IMG/VR virus record: IMGVR_UViG_3300013936_000013
Location: 77,246-141,245 of that record
Length of the DNA: 64,000 nt
Source of the DNA: a virus
Lineage: Duplodnaviria > Heunggongvirae > Uroviricota > Caudoviricetes
Reading direction: 5' to 3' (one strand)
Position numbers and translations under genes: made by a program
Shown here: piece by piece, positions 53,201 through 62,857 of the stretch
Layout of the letters: each line of letters starts with the position of its first letter
How positions within the stretch are numbered: position 1 is the first letter of the stretch
Notes under the pieces: model-generated
What the model was told of the DNA's origin: nothing
Databases searched by the model: none
Seen by the model: the letters and a program-made list of their open reading frames with translations, nothing else

Positions 53201-56200
53201 AATGCACCTTCATTTTCTTTCTCTTGAACCATTTTCTTGATATCATCAGCAAAGCATTGTTCTAGATTAATCCATAGAACTGAGTCTTCGCCACCATATG
53301 CTTCACTACCATCGCGATATTCAATACCATAACTATGGCTTAAACGACCAATGTTATCAATACCGAGAGCAGTATCATTATCGTAGTCATATTTAAAGTG
53401 CCAATGTTTACCATCATCAGTTGCCATAAATACGTTTTTAGCACGGTTATCAACCATCAGATGACGTTCAGTAAAGATGTCTAGCCAAATGGCAGAATCT
53501 TTGATAAAATAATCTTCAAATTCAGCTTTAAATTTAGCTAATCTATATTCAGCAGTATCTGCGGTGTAGGTTTTTCCATCATAAACAACAGCCTAAGGTA
53601 GCGTATTACCTGTAGCCGCCGCAGTATCAGTTGAATTAACCCAAGCTACAACTCTATGCAGATTGTCAATATCAGTTTGAGTATAGCCTTTCTTTGGAAA
53701 TCTAAATTCAAATCCTTCTTCCCAAGCATCGTTACTAAAATCTGCAGATTTAAAAGAACAAAGGGCAGATTCATTAGTCAGGAACTCAACGCAGCATTGC
53801 TCAGGATATTTACTTCTATCTTGACCGAAAACATTATAATTAGTTTTATCATTATTCATGTTTGCTTTTGCATAGAAAGTTAATTCAGGGTTAGGGTCTG
53901 CTGTATTTCTATGGAAAATAATGATAGGTTGACCTTCAATGGTGCCACGAATTTTATTGGTAAAACCTTGATTGTGAAGTTCAGTAATTAGCTCATCACG
54001 TTGAGTTGTGCGGTCAGCCTTAGGCTCATAGCCTTTTGCCGCAGCCATTTCAAGCAATTCATCAAGCTGAGGATCAGAGATGTAAGGATCATAAATATTA
54101 TATTCATCTGTCAAAAGAACATTATTTGCCCCTTCAGAAGAAGCAACGTCAACTTTCATACAGAAGTAATCTACACCCAAACTCTTATCAGATATTGCAA
54201 AGGTGGCTTCTTTAGCTCCTGTGTCTGCATGATTAAAACCATCAACTTGGAAATCCATATTTAGGTTTAGAGCTGCTCGACCATAACCCGCAGAAGAAGT
54301 ACCTTGCATACCAATACCAACATTTTTAGAGGTGAAACTCTTTCTGTTGTTATTAGGATCTACATAAGTAACATCGCCACGAACAGGCGGATTGTTTCTA
54401 TCTTTAATTTTAGAAGTAGGGAAAATAAATGGATACTGACTAGAGTCAGAATTAATAATCATATATTTAGACTGTAATTTATCAAGAACAATGTTATGAT
54501 AAGCGTCATATATATTATTTCTCTGATAACGAGCAATAATTTCATCAGATGTTGGAGCATCAAGAATAAAATTATTTAAGACTTCATATTGGTCAAGAAC
54601 TTTATTGTAAGTCTTAATTAAATAAACATCTAAGTCACATTCAGAAGAACCTAGAGTAATACTAACAGGATTAGTCTGAATGAATAAGTCGTCATTCTCA
54701 TAGATTGCGGCAGAGCAAGGAATACCTTGTAGATACCATAGAATCAAACTCTTTTGAGTTGAAGGATAAACAACTAAATCCATTTCAATATAAGAATCTT
54801 CCTTATAAGGAACTTCCATTTCAATATCACGAGAATTAAAGACACCGCGGTTGGCAAATAATCTTAAACCAACATTACTTGATTCATCAAAACAATTAAT
54901 AATTTCAGTATCATAGTTAATACTATTTCTGCACTTAAAAATCATTTTAATTGCTTTACCACTATTTTTAAAGTCCTATCCAAATAGTTTTAGTGGAATA
55001 GTAACTTTATCATTACTTGCCTTAATTCTTAGGACTGTTGCTCCATCTTCATCAGACTACCAGCCACCATTAACCCAGTCAAAGCTAGTTGGGAACTCAG
55101 TAGAATAGCCATTAGAAGTCCAAGAATTATAATTAGACTGCGCATTACTTCTACCAACAGCAGAAAAGTTTGCTTCAAGACTATTTGTAATAGGTTTAGC
55201 ATCAATTTCAAGTGCATTGACCTTCAATTCAATAGTTCTAGATTGAGTACCACATCTAATAATTAAGCGGCGGGCGTAGGTATTAGTAAACTTTAAGGTC
55301 CAGTGTTGTAAAGTTCGATCTGGATTAATAGCAATTGAACTAGCTCTTACCCATTCACCTGCACCATCATTAGCGTCAGTATTAAAATACCATTCTTCAA
55401 GTGAACACTGTCTATTATTGTTATTATTAGCTGTACTGTAATTTGGATCCCAGATTAAATAAGGGATAGAAACATTATCATATTCAGTAACCTCGGTCTA
55501 AGCAAAAGAAGAAGCAATAATAGGAGTTCCATTACCGCGACTAACAAAGATAATTTCATAATATAGTTCATTACTAATTAACTCTGCGCCATTTAAATTT
55601 GCGGTGACCCAGACTTTTAAAGGATATGCGCCATGTCCTTTGAAAGGAATATCCTGAGTTGAAATGCCACCAGAAGTAGAACTGATAATATCTTTAGACC
55701 AAATGACAGTTTTATTAGTTCCTGCGGAATACAATTCAAAGTGTACTGTCTTTTCAAAGCTACCGCCCGCAGTTACAGTATAGGTGAAAACCGCATTATC
55801 ATAGTATGCTTGATAGGCGTTAAAAGTAGAAGTCAGTTCTAGAGATACTGTTGTAATAGTCCATCTTAAACTTCTTACATTACCAGCATTATCAGTTAAA
55901 ATAACCTGAACTGAGTTACTACCACGAATTAGAGAATCAGTAATATCATAAGAATAATAACCTTGAGTTACATTAGTATTCTAATCTACTTTAACTCCAT
56001 TAACATTGATAACAATAGAACCATTGCCTGTTGATGCTCCATCGTCACTATATACAGAAGACCAGTTAAAACCAATATAAGTTTTTTCTTCACCTTTGTA
56101 AATAGTAGTCATGCTTGACGGAATCTCTGGGTCGTAGGTCATTTTGAAAGTAATACCATTACCGCCAGAACCGCCACCTGTACCTTCAATAGTAATAGTA

Positions 56201-56793
56201 CCTAGGGGAACCGCATCACCTTTTTTATACCATGAAAGCTCATGTGTAGTATTATCAAATTCAATATCTAAGTCTTCAAGAGCATTTAGATTTGCTACTG
56301 TTTCTTTTAATGCGGCGAGGTCATCGGCGGAAGCATAGTTAGGTAAAATACCATTAACTTCATCCTTAGTATAATAACCAGATAAGTCGGTCGCAATGGA
56401 TACACCACCAGTAATTCTTTCACCATTGCTTAGTAGATAGAATTTACTATCATCATCAATTTCATAGCCATCTGCTTTCTTTTGGGTGTTCTAATCTAAA
56501 GTATCTAGATAATCTAGAATTAGACTCAGCTGAGTTCTAACTGCAGTACCCGCAGATGTATATTTTTCGCCATTAAATTTATCAAATTTTTCATTAGTTA
56601 AGCCTTGACGAATATCCTCTAGTTCAGTTTGGCGATTATTACTTGAAAAAGTAGGATATTTAGTTAAAAGATTGTCAACTCTATCATTCAGAGTCTTCAT
56701 TGAATCTGACAGATTTCCGCCAGTCTCACCGACATATTCTTTGTTTGCTTCTGCTAGTAGGCGCAAGGCTTCTACAATAGATATTTTACTCAT
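50215..56793 (-). CDS. giant 2192-aa structural/adhesin-like protein (Ig-like and LRR-like regions; probable tail fibre or host-recognition protein); 12 in-frame TAG
   Basis: ORFs 56491.., 55498.., 53593.., 52411.., 51379.., 50386.. all share one frame; every gap between them was translated by hand and holds only TAG codons, no TAA/TGA; TAA in-frame just upstream of ATG 56793; stop TAA 50215. Confidence 0.7.
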
Positions 56794-57404
56794 ATCTGTT
56801 TACCATAGACCTCCTATAACATTTGTTTTACTTCAAGGTCATCTACAAAAATTAGCTCAAAACTCGCAGAATCTTTAATTTTTTCCATGTCATCTACATC
56901 AGGATTATATAATCCATCGCCAATAGAAAGATTAGTATTGATTGTAGAATTCCACCTATAACATTCTGTATTAGTGGTAGTATCTACATCAATAAAAATT
57001 AAAGAAAATTGAATGCGACCAGGAGCAGTAGTAATTGAGCCTTTAATTATCCAAGAAAATTCAACCATATCAGGATTATCTTCCATGACTTGCATATCCT
57101 CAATTGGGTAGAATCCATCTACCTTAGCTCCCGCATTATACCATTTTACTAATTTAGATGAACATTTTAAAATATCATATCCATCAATAAATCTAGGGCA
57201 ATTAAAAGTGATTGCATTAGAGTTATGGTCTGTGCGGATACCTACAACAGAATGAAATCCAGGCTGTAAAGTAAATGTACGAGTTAATGCATCTACAAGG
57301 ATAGGCGGTTCCTCATCTTGGAGAAAATTAGAAGTATCATTATTTATAATAGTGTCAAGACTTTGAGTAGAAATATCATTGATTAGTGATAAATAATCTG
57401 TCAT
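56790..57404 (-). CDS. hypothetical structural-module protein (204 aa); 1 in-frame TAG
   Basis: AAAAGGAGAG RBS + ATG 57404; reads through TAG 56814 to TGA 56790, overlapping start of giant gene. Confidence 0.5.
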
Positions 57405-57856
57405 AAAGTCTCTCCTTTTATCTCTTGTTTAATTCTTTCACAATCTTGAAGAATTTGATTACACAACATTGCATATTTCTAACACGCTTTGGTTAGTTGA
57501 GTAGAGGTATCTTCAGCAGGATTGTTTACAATATTGCTTGTGTAACCTGATTGTTTAATAAAAACTGTTTCAGCATTTGTAGTAATTAAATCACCACAAT
57601 AAATACTAACTTCAAAACTAGGACTTTTAATAACTTCTGCAGGAATATAACATTGATTATCTTTAAGACCATCTAATCCTAGTGTCTATTGATAAGTTTT
57701 CCCTTTATATGTAAATAAAGCAAAAACTGGATTTACCCATTCAGAAGTTTTAAAATTAAATGTTGCAATAAGATAGTTTTTACTACCTGCAACAAAATAA
57801 TCATTTGTAGTTTCTTTAGTTAGTTTTTGATGTGAAACATTAAAACGAATTTCCAT
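57401..57856 (-). CDS. hypothetical structural-module protein (151 aa); 2 in-frame TAG
   Basis: AAAGGAGGTAAAAGG RBS + ATG 57856; ATGA overlap with next gene; no ORF visible under the standard code. Confidence 0.45.
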
Positions 57857-57965
57857 AATCCTTTTACCTCCTTTATTATTCTATTAAAAATTAAAATATT
57901 ATTTTTATGATTTCCGCCCAAAAAGAAAAGAGGTTGAGATAAACCCAACCTCTAAAGAATAAATC

Positions 57966-59501
57966 TTAGACAACCTGCTGATAGCGGTCAGCCATCAGGG
58001 TTTCAACACAGAGATCCCAACCAGTCTTTCCAGTCAGAACACTCTTAAAGATAACAGGAGAGAAACCACTCACGAAAGAAACATCAGGACCTGCATCCAG
58101 AATGTTCGCATCACCGCGAGCATTAACATTCCAGTAAACCAGCTTAGGCAACCTCTTGCCATAAGCAGCCCACTTCCGACGAATCTGCTCCATCTCAGTA
58201 GAAGCAGACTCCTGAGTCCACCGCTTAGAATAATCACTCCAAGAACCAGTACCCTGATCAATCTGCATATCACTAATGACTACGATAGTCTTAGGAATGT
58301 CAGACTCCTTAACACCGGGAGTCAGAGCGGTATTCAACAGCAGGTCAAAAACAGCTTCCAGATTGGTGTTATCGCACAGATTAGTACGATAAATGCGGCG
58401 GCACTTATCAACAAAATCAATGCCCTCAATCTTAATCAGCTGAGGCTTACTAGCAAAGCTAATGTAATGATTGTGGAAAGGACCTCCGATTCGCTCTGCG
58501 CAATACATACCCAGAGAAATTGCCACATTCATAGGTGCGCTAGCTTCACTACCAGTCATAGAACCAGAAGTATCAACAACACACATCATAGAACAATCCT
58601 TACCATTCAGGTAGTCAGGCAGATTAGCCCAATACTTATTAATCATTGCACGGTCAACTTCATCCAGAGAGCTGTTGCCCCAGTAATCACAGCCCTTAAC
58701 CGCCTTAGCTACGACCTCATAAGGATACAGAACAGAAGCATTCACGCTCTTGGTGGTATCCTTAGCAAACTTCTCATACTTCTTTGCGATAATGTCACGA
58801 CGGGCAAATGCATTCTTATAGATGAAACCCGCACGAGAAGGAATCTTATCAAACTCAATCTCATCCCAACGGTTCTCAGACATCAGACGCTCAACAATAT
58901 TGATACGACGACGCAGCTCAGACAGAGTCTTACGATACTCCTTATGAGACAGACCCAAATCCTTGCGGATTCGAGCGGCAGCCCACTTAGTCTTTGCAGA
59001 AGAAGCATTCTCAGAAGGCATCCACTTACCCAGCAGGGAAGGAGTCTTACACTGAATATCCAGACGCAACTGCTTCTTAATCAAATTCAGAGCACTCTGA
59101 TAAACAGGAGTATCAATAGTGGAATAAATCAAGTCATCCCAACGTCCATACTCAGAAACGTTATCCAGATTAACCTCTGCACGAGCAGGGTCATTCTGAC
59201 ACAGCCAATTAAAACAAATACGGAAGAACTCACGCTCACCCTGACCACCGCGGCAATCACGCAGATAAAACAAGCACTTCATTGCCAAAGTAGCATCCTC
59301 TTCATAGGCGTTCTTAAACAGAAGAATCTTATCTGCAGCACCGCGCTTACGATAAGCGCCACCCAGCGCAAACATATCATAAACTGCGGAATTGGTAGTC
59401 TTATGAGCCAATGCGCCATTCTCAGTACGGGTAAAGTTAGAAGCGTTAGACAGAGTATTCATAAAAGTATTCATCATATATCTCCTTTTTTCTCTTAACA
59501 A
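57966..59501 (-). CDS. von Willebrand factor A (vWA) domain protein, DUF2828-like
   Basis: MIDAS motif CVVDTSGSMTG; 511 aa; locally higher GC and different codon usage than neighbours. Confidence 0.6.
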   Translation of the reverse strand: MLREKRRYMMNTFMNTLSNASNFTRTENGALAHKTTNSAVYDMFALGGAYRKRGAADKILLFKNAYEEDATLAMKCLFYLRDCRGGQGEREFFRICFNWLCQNDPARAEVNLDNVSEYGRWDDLIYSTIDTPVYQSALNLIKKQLRLDIQCKTPSLLGKWMPSENASSAKTKWAAARIRKDLGLSHKEYRKTLSELRRRINIVERLMSENRWDEIEFDKIPSRAGFIYKNAFARRDIIAKKYEKFAKDTTKSVNASVLYPYEVVAKAVKGCDYWGNSSLDEVDRAMINKYWANLPDYLNGKDCSMMCVVDTSGSMTGSEASAPMNVAISLGMYCAERIGGPFHNHYISFASKPQLIKIEGIDFVDKCRRIYRTNLCDNTNLEAVFDLLLNTALTPGVKESDIPKTIVVISDMQIDQGTGSWSDYSKRWTQESASTEMEQIRRKWAAYGKRLPKLVYWNVNARGDANILDAGPDVSFVSGFSPVIFKSVLTGKTGWDLCVETLMADRYQQVV

Positions 59502-59542
59502 GCGGTTATTATCATAACCTTTTTAATTAGGCGTTTTTATTC

Positions 59543-60043
59543 TTAACGACGATTGATAACATCATAATCCATTTCAGTATCAAATGGCATCACAATAGAG
59601 ACATTCTTACCATAATTCTCAGAGCGACTATCATTCTTAGCTGCAGCAACATCATGCTCCAACTCAGCATCAAGCAGCATTGCAGCAAACTCATTTGCGG
59701 CAGGATAACAGTGAGCCATTGCGGCAGCCATATCCTTATGATAACTACGAAGCAGCCGCTGACGTGCAACCCGCATACCCTCAGTCAGATTGAACTCATC
59801 ATCTGCTGCGCAATAAGCAACGCCATGATAAGACTCTTCCATCGCGGGGACACCATGCATAAAAATAACGCCGACTTTATCGCCAAGAGCTCGAATCTTA
59901 TTCCAAGCATCCGACCGAGTATTCTTCATAACTGCGGTAACAATGCCCTTATAAGGATAGCCATTAAAAATACCAGTACGTTCTGCATCATAGTAATAAC
60001 CAATCTTAGAACCATTACGGGGTGCAATATAAGTCATAGCCAT
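59543..60043 (-). CDS. hypothetical protein (166 aa) in GC-richer island
   Basis: Intact ORF, GC-richer. Confidence 0.4.
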   Translation of the reverse strand: MAMTYIAPRNGSKIGYYYDAERTGIFNGYPYKGIVTAVMKNTRSDAWNKIRALGDKVGVIFMHGVPAMEESYHGVAYCAADDEFNLTEGMRVARQRLLRSYHKDMAAAMAHCYPAANEFAAMLLDAELEHDVAAAKNDSRSENYGKNVSIVMPFDTEMDYDVINRR

Positions 60044-60075
60044 AATTAAATATTTCTCCTTTTATCTCTTAAAAA

Positions 60076-60489
60076 TTACTGCATCATTTTTGCAATAACA
60101 GAATTAATCATCTTACCGTCCGCCTTACCCTTTAGAGCCTTCATAGCAGGCGGAATTACCTCTTTCTTATTCATGGACTTAATATCTGTAAACATTTCAG
60201 AAATAAAATTCTGAATTTCATCTTCAGACATCATCTTAGGAAGGAACTGAGAAACAAAAGCAATCTCAGATGTAAGTGCGGTTTTCTCAGCTTCATTGCG
60301 CGCATAGCCTAAGGTCTCCCGCAATGCCTTAACTTCTTTTTGGAAAGTTGCGATTACTTTTGCTTCATCACCACCATCTTTAATTACCTTCTTAGCTACT
60401 GACAAAAAGTAGCTTGCATGATTTTCAACCTGCTTATCACCGCTCTTTAGAGCTGCAATCCGCATTTCATTTAGAGTATCAATAATCAT
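60076..60489 (-). CDS. yqeY: GatB/YqeY-domain protein
   Basis: 137 aa, all-helical with KALRETLGYARNEAEKTALTSEIAFVSQFLP...AMKALKGKADGKMI pattern typical of YqeY/GatB C-terminal domain. Confidence 0.5.
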   Translation of the reverse strand: MIIDTLNEMRIAALKSGDKQVENHASYFLSVAKKVIKDGGDEAKVIATFQKEVKALRETLGYARNEAEKTALTSEIAFVSQFLPKMMSEDEIQNFISEMFTDIKSMNKKEVIPPAMKALKGKADGKMINSVIAKMMQ

Positions 60490-60512
60490 TTTTCTGTTTT
60501 CCTTTCCCTTAT

Positions 60513-60540
60513 TGTATATATATTATAACATTTTTTTAAG
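60513..60540 (-). promoter_or_regulatory. conserved TGTTATAATATATA promoter
   Basis: Plus attgtatatatattataacatttttttaag. Confidence 0.5.
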
Positions 60541-60689
60541 AAATAATCAATAAGTAATTTTTAGACATAAAAAAATGAGCAAAAATTTAAATCAATATTA
60601 GAAATAAATCCTTGCTCTATTGTTTAAAAGAACAAGATAACCATGAATCCAAAACCAAGCGGATTAATTGCTGTTGTTATCTTTACTAT

Positions 60690-60764
60690 TGGAGCAACAG
60701 ATGGGAGTCGAACCCACATCATCGACTTGGAAGGACGATGTACTAGCCGTTATACGACTGCTGC
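60690..60764 (-). tRNA. tRNA-Gly (anticodon UCC), CCA encoded
   Basis: Acceptor GCAGCAG/CTGTTGC, T-arm GTGGG-TTCGACT-CCCAT, anticodon loop CTTCCAA; one mismatch in anticodon stem. Confidence 0.55.
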
Positions 60765-60884
60765 ATATCTAGCGAATTACGTATCGCTAATGCGGATTGA
60801 ACTCCGGTAGTCCGCACGAAGATTCATCAGGTAAGAGAACCCGCAACCTTTGATACTCTTTTATCTCTTAATCAAGTATCCTGT

Positions 60885-60961
60885 TGGTGCTGGAGATAGG
60901 ATTTGAACCTACGGTCTATGGATTACAAAGCCATTGCATTAGCCAGCTATGCTACTCCAGC
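60885..60961 (-). tRNA. tRNA-Thr (anticodon UGU), CCA encoded
   Basis: Acceptor GCTGGAG/CTCCAGC, D-arm GCAT/ATGC, loop TTTGTAA, T-arm GTAGG-TTCAAAT-CCTAT. Confidence 0.6.
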
Positions 60962-61070
60962 ATATAAAAACAAGAGACATCAAGTAAAAGCAAACTTGTA
61001 ATTAATAAATATGGAGCTTTAATTTTGAAATTGCTGTACGTCTCTTTTAATATTTCACTAGGCTTTTATT

Positions 61071-61141
61071 GATATTGTTTGGACTCGAACCAAAAATCTT
61101 AGATTTACATTCTAATGCTATACCCATTTAGCTACAAAGGC
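61071..61141 (-). pseudogene. degenerate tRNA-like element (anticodon loop ATGTAAA = GUA, Tyr-like) with poor acceptor pairing
   Basis: Good D-arm (GCTA-AATGGGTA-TAGC), anticodon arm (TTAGA/TCTAA) and T-arm (TTTGG-TTCGAGT-CCAAA), but acceptor strands GCCTTTG vs CAATATC pair at only 4 of 7. Confidence 0.3.
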
Positions 61142-61186
61142 GAAGCCGCCTACCTTATTTTGCTGTAAAAGCCTATTATTTAATTT

Positions 61187-61540
61187 TTAATCTTCAAACA
61201 GATAAGAATAAGCATCATAGTCGAAGCCATAATTCTCACAAATTTCTTTTAATTCATCGAGATTATGAATTTCTTTTGCCCAGTACTGAATCCAAGATTC
61301 AATAGCATCCATATAAGCATCTTCCAGTTCAGATTCTCGATAATCTTCTGAAAGACCATACTCTTCTGGATTATCCATAATCATTCCTCTGTCAGGAAGA
61401 CCATGATAGCCTTCATAAGACTGATAATCTTCAATAGCACAATCATATGCGGCTTCGGTTGCTTCTTCCACAGACTCAAATTCTGCGATGTCATAAACAC
61501 AAGGTTCATTACAAGAACCAGCAAAAAGAGCAAAAATCAT
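61187..61540 (-). CDS. highly acidic hypothetical protein (117 aa)
   Basis: Intact ORF, Asp/Glu/Tyr-rich. Confidence 0.4.
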   Translation of the reverse strand: MIFALFAGSCNEPCVYDIAEFESVEEATEAAYDCAIEDYQSYEGYHGLPDRGMIMDNPEEYGLSEDYRESELEDAYMDAIESWIQYWAKEIHNLDELKEICENYGFDYDAYSYLFED

Positions 61541-61563
61541 ATTAAAACCCTTTCTTTTATGCG

Positions 61564-61638
61564 TGGAGCGGTTACAGAGAATCGAACTCTGATCTAGTGC
61601 TTAGAAGGCACTTGCCTTGTCCTTTGGGCTATAACCGC
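61564..61638 (-). tRNA. tRNA-Arg (anticodon UCU), CCA encoded
   Basis: Acceptor GCGGTTA/TAACCGC, anticodon stem AGTGC/GCACT, loop CTTCTAA, T-arm CAGAG-TTCGATT-CTCTG. Confidence 0.8.
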
Positions 61639-61643
61639 AAACC

Positions 61644-61847
61644 TTAAACGTGAAAAACGTAAATTGCTTTTTCGCTCAAAGGAGTAACGGTAGTAAATAC
61701 TTTTACAATTTCACAATCGGAAAAGTAATCATAAGCATCTCTTCGAGCTTCCTCTTTTGATTCTGCAAAAAGAATTACTTTATGAGAAGTAGTATTATAT
61801 TTATCATTAATACGCGAACGAGTAACAAGAAAAACTTGATAAAACAT
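61644..61847 (-). CDS. hypothetical small protein
   Basis: AAGGAG RBS before second ATG (61847). Confidence 0.35.
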   Translation of the reverse strand: MFYQVFLVTRSRINDKYNTTSHKVILFAESKEEARRDAYDYFSDCEIVKVFTTVTPLSEKAIYVFHV

Positions 61848-62035
61848 TATATCTCCTTCAAACAATCATTAATTCGCTTAACATCTACATCAGTTAAGTC
61901 ATCCTCGGAAAAACGATATGCTCGAAGAATATCTTGTACAATTTCTTCTGCATATTCTTTTGAGTTTTTTCTAAGAGCTTTAATAATCTGATTAGTAATC
62001 AAATTACTCTCTTGCATATAAGCTATATTTATCAT
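61847..62035 (-). CDS. hypothetical small protein
   Basis: AAAAGGAG RBS + ATG 62035; longer upstream ORF start would overlap tRNA-like element. Confidence 0.35.
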   Translation of the reverse strand: MINIAYMQESNLITNQIIKALRKNSKEYAEEIVQDILRAYRFSEDDLTDVDVKRINDCLKEI

Positions 62036-62044
62036 ATAGACTCC

Positions 62045-62102
62045 TTTTAATAGCGGTAGCACGAAGAATTGAACTCCGGCTACTAGCGTATTAACCACTC
62101 TA
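62045..62102 (-). pseudogene. truncated tRNA-like element (58 nt; acceptor + D-arm + T-arm, no anticodon arm)
   Basis: GGTAGCA...TGCTACC acceptor, D-loop AGTGGTTAA, T-arm CGGAG-TTCAATT-CTTCG, but only 9 nt where the anticodon arm should be. Confidence 0.25.
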
Positions 62103-62194
62103 CTATGCTACCACATAAAAACAAGATGAATATTTTATACATATCTTTTTCTTGTAAGAATTATAAATATTATATTGCTGTATTCATCTTTAAC

Positions 62195-62268
62195 TGGTTG
62201 AGCCAGCAGGATTCGAACCTACGATGGAGGAGTCAAAGTCCTCAGCCTTACCACTTGGCGATGGCTCA
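62195..62268 (-). tRNA. tRNA-Gln (anticodon UUG), CCA encoded
   Basis: Acceptor TGAGCCA/TGGCTCA (U1-A72), anticodon stem GAGGA/TCCTC, loop CTTTGAC, T-arm GTAGG-TTCGAAT-CCTGC. Confidence 0.8.
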
Positions 62269-62274
62269 ATATAT

Positions 62275-62346
62275 AGGACTATTTGGATTCGAACCAAAAA
62301 ATACTTGTGTCAGAGACAAGTGCCTTAACCATTTGGCAATAGTCCT
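62275..62346 (-). tRNA. tRNA-Gln (anticodon CUG)
   Basis: Acceptor AGGACTA/TAGTCCT, anticodon stem ACTTGT/ACAAGT, loop CTCTGAC, T-arm TTTGG-TTCGAAT-CCAAA. Confidence 0.75.
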
Positions 62347-62418
62347 TCAAAACAAAGCTAGATTTATTTTTAATCAAGCTATTAAAATATTTTTAATTGC
62401 AGTTCTAGCTTTTAGATA

Positions 62419-62517
62419 ATGGTTGGGGATGAGAGACTCGAACTCTCACACCATCCGTCAGAGGGATGGGCTCTGGTGGTTTTAGAGACCACTGCTTTAA
62501 CCGTTAAGCAAATCCCC
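62419..62517 (-). tRNA. amber-suppressor tRNA (anticodon CUA), tRNA-Gln-like acceptor, ~96 nt (99 with encoded CCA), with 28-nt extra region
   Basis: Acceptor TGGGGAT/ATCCCCA (U1-A72, as in tRNA-Gln), D-arm GCTT-AACGGTTA-AAGC, anticodon stem GTGGT/ACCAC, loop CTCTAAA (U33, CUA, A37), then 28-nt insertion containing hairpin CCATCC-CTCTGAC-GGATGG (Gln CUG-type loop), T-arm GAGAG-TTCGAGT-CTCTC, A73, CCA. Confidence 0.7.
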
Positions 62518-62682
62518 ATTATCTTTATTTCTCTTAGATTGCTTTGCGTTATATCGCTTAGCCGCCTTGCAATTTGAACATCCATGTTTATTTTTGCAAT
62601 AACAAAGACAATAATCTTCTAACCAAAAATGGTATGGAATTGAAGGTTTAATTTTACGACGAGGAATCTTTTTACCTTTCAT
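62497..62682 (-). CDS. hypothetical basic Zn-ribbon protein (61 aa), overlaps 5' end of suppressor tRNA by ~20 nt
   Basis: Intact ORF with CxxC...CxxC; reality uncertain because of tRNA overlap. Confidence 0.25.
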   Translation of the reverse strand: MKGKKIPRRKIKPSIPYHFWLEDYCLCYCKNKHGCSNCKAAKRYNAKQSKRNKDNGDLLNG

Positions 62683-62726
62683 AATTTTATTATACCTTAT
62701 TTTTTATGAAAAATCAATTTTTCTAT

Positions 62727-62800
62727 TGGCAGGTCTACTCCGAATCGAACAGAGACACGATGTTTTGGAGACATCAGTACTACCATTATACGATAGACCC
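62727..62800 (-). tRNA. tRNA-Trp (anticodon CCA), CCA encoded
   Basis: Acceptor GGGTCTA/TAGACCT, anticodon stem GATGT/ACATC, loop CTCCAAA, T-arm CTCTG-TTCGATT-CGGAG. Confidence 0.75.
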
Positions 62801-62857
62801 ATAAAATGGGGAACCAACCGAAGCCAATTCCTTGAAAGCATTTCTGCTTTTGTGCAC

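Noticed and set aside
58467-59498. 343-aa plus-strand ORF
   Set aside because: Antisense to the vWA-domain gene (MIDAS motif on the minus strand). Long antisense ORFs are expected in this GC-richer stretch.
60772-60850. Possible additional tRNA (T-loop-like GGAGTTCAATCC and two adjacent hairpins)
   Set aside because: Could not be folded into a cloverleaf on either strand. Reported only as part of the tRNA-like-elements finding.
62497-62682. Confident call of the 61-aa basic ORF
   Set aside because: It overlaps the 5' ~20 nt of the suppressor tRNA, so it is kept only as a low-confidence feature.
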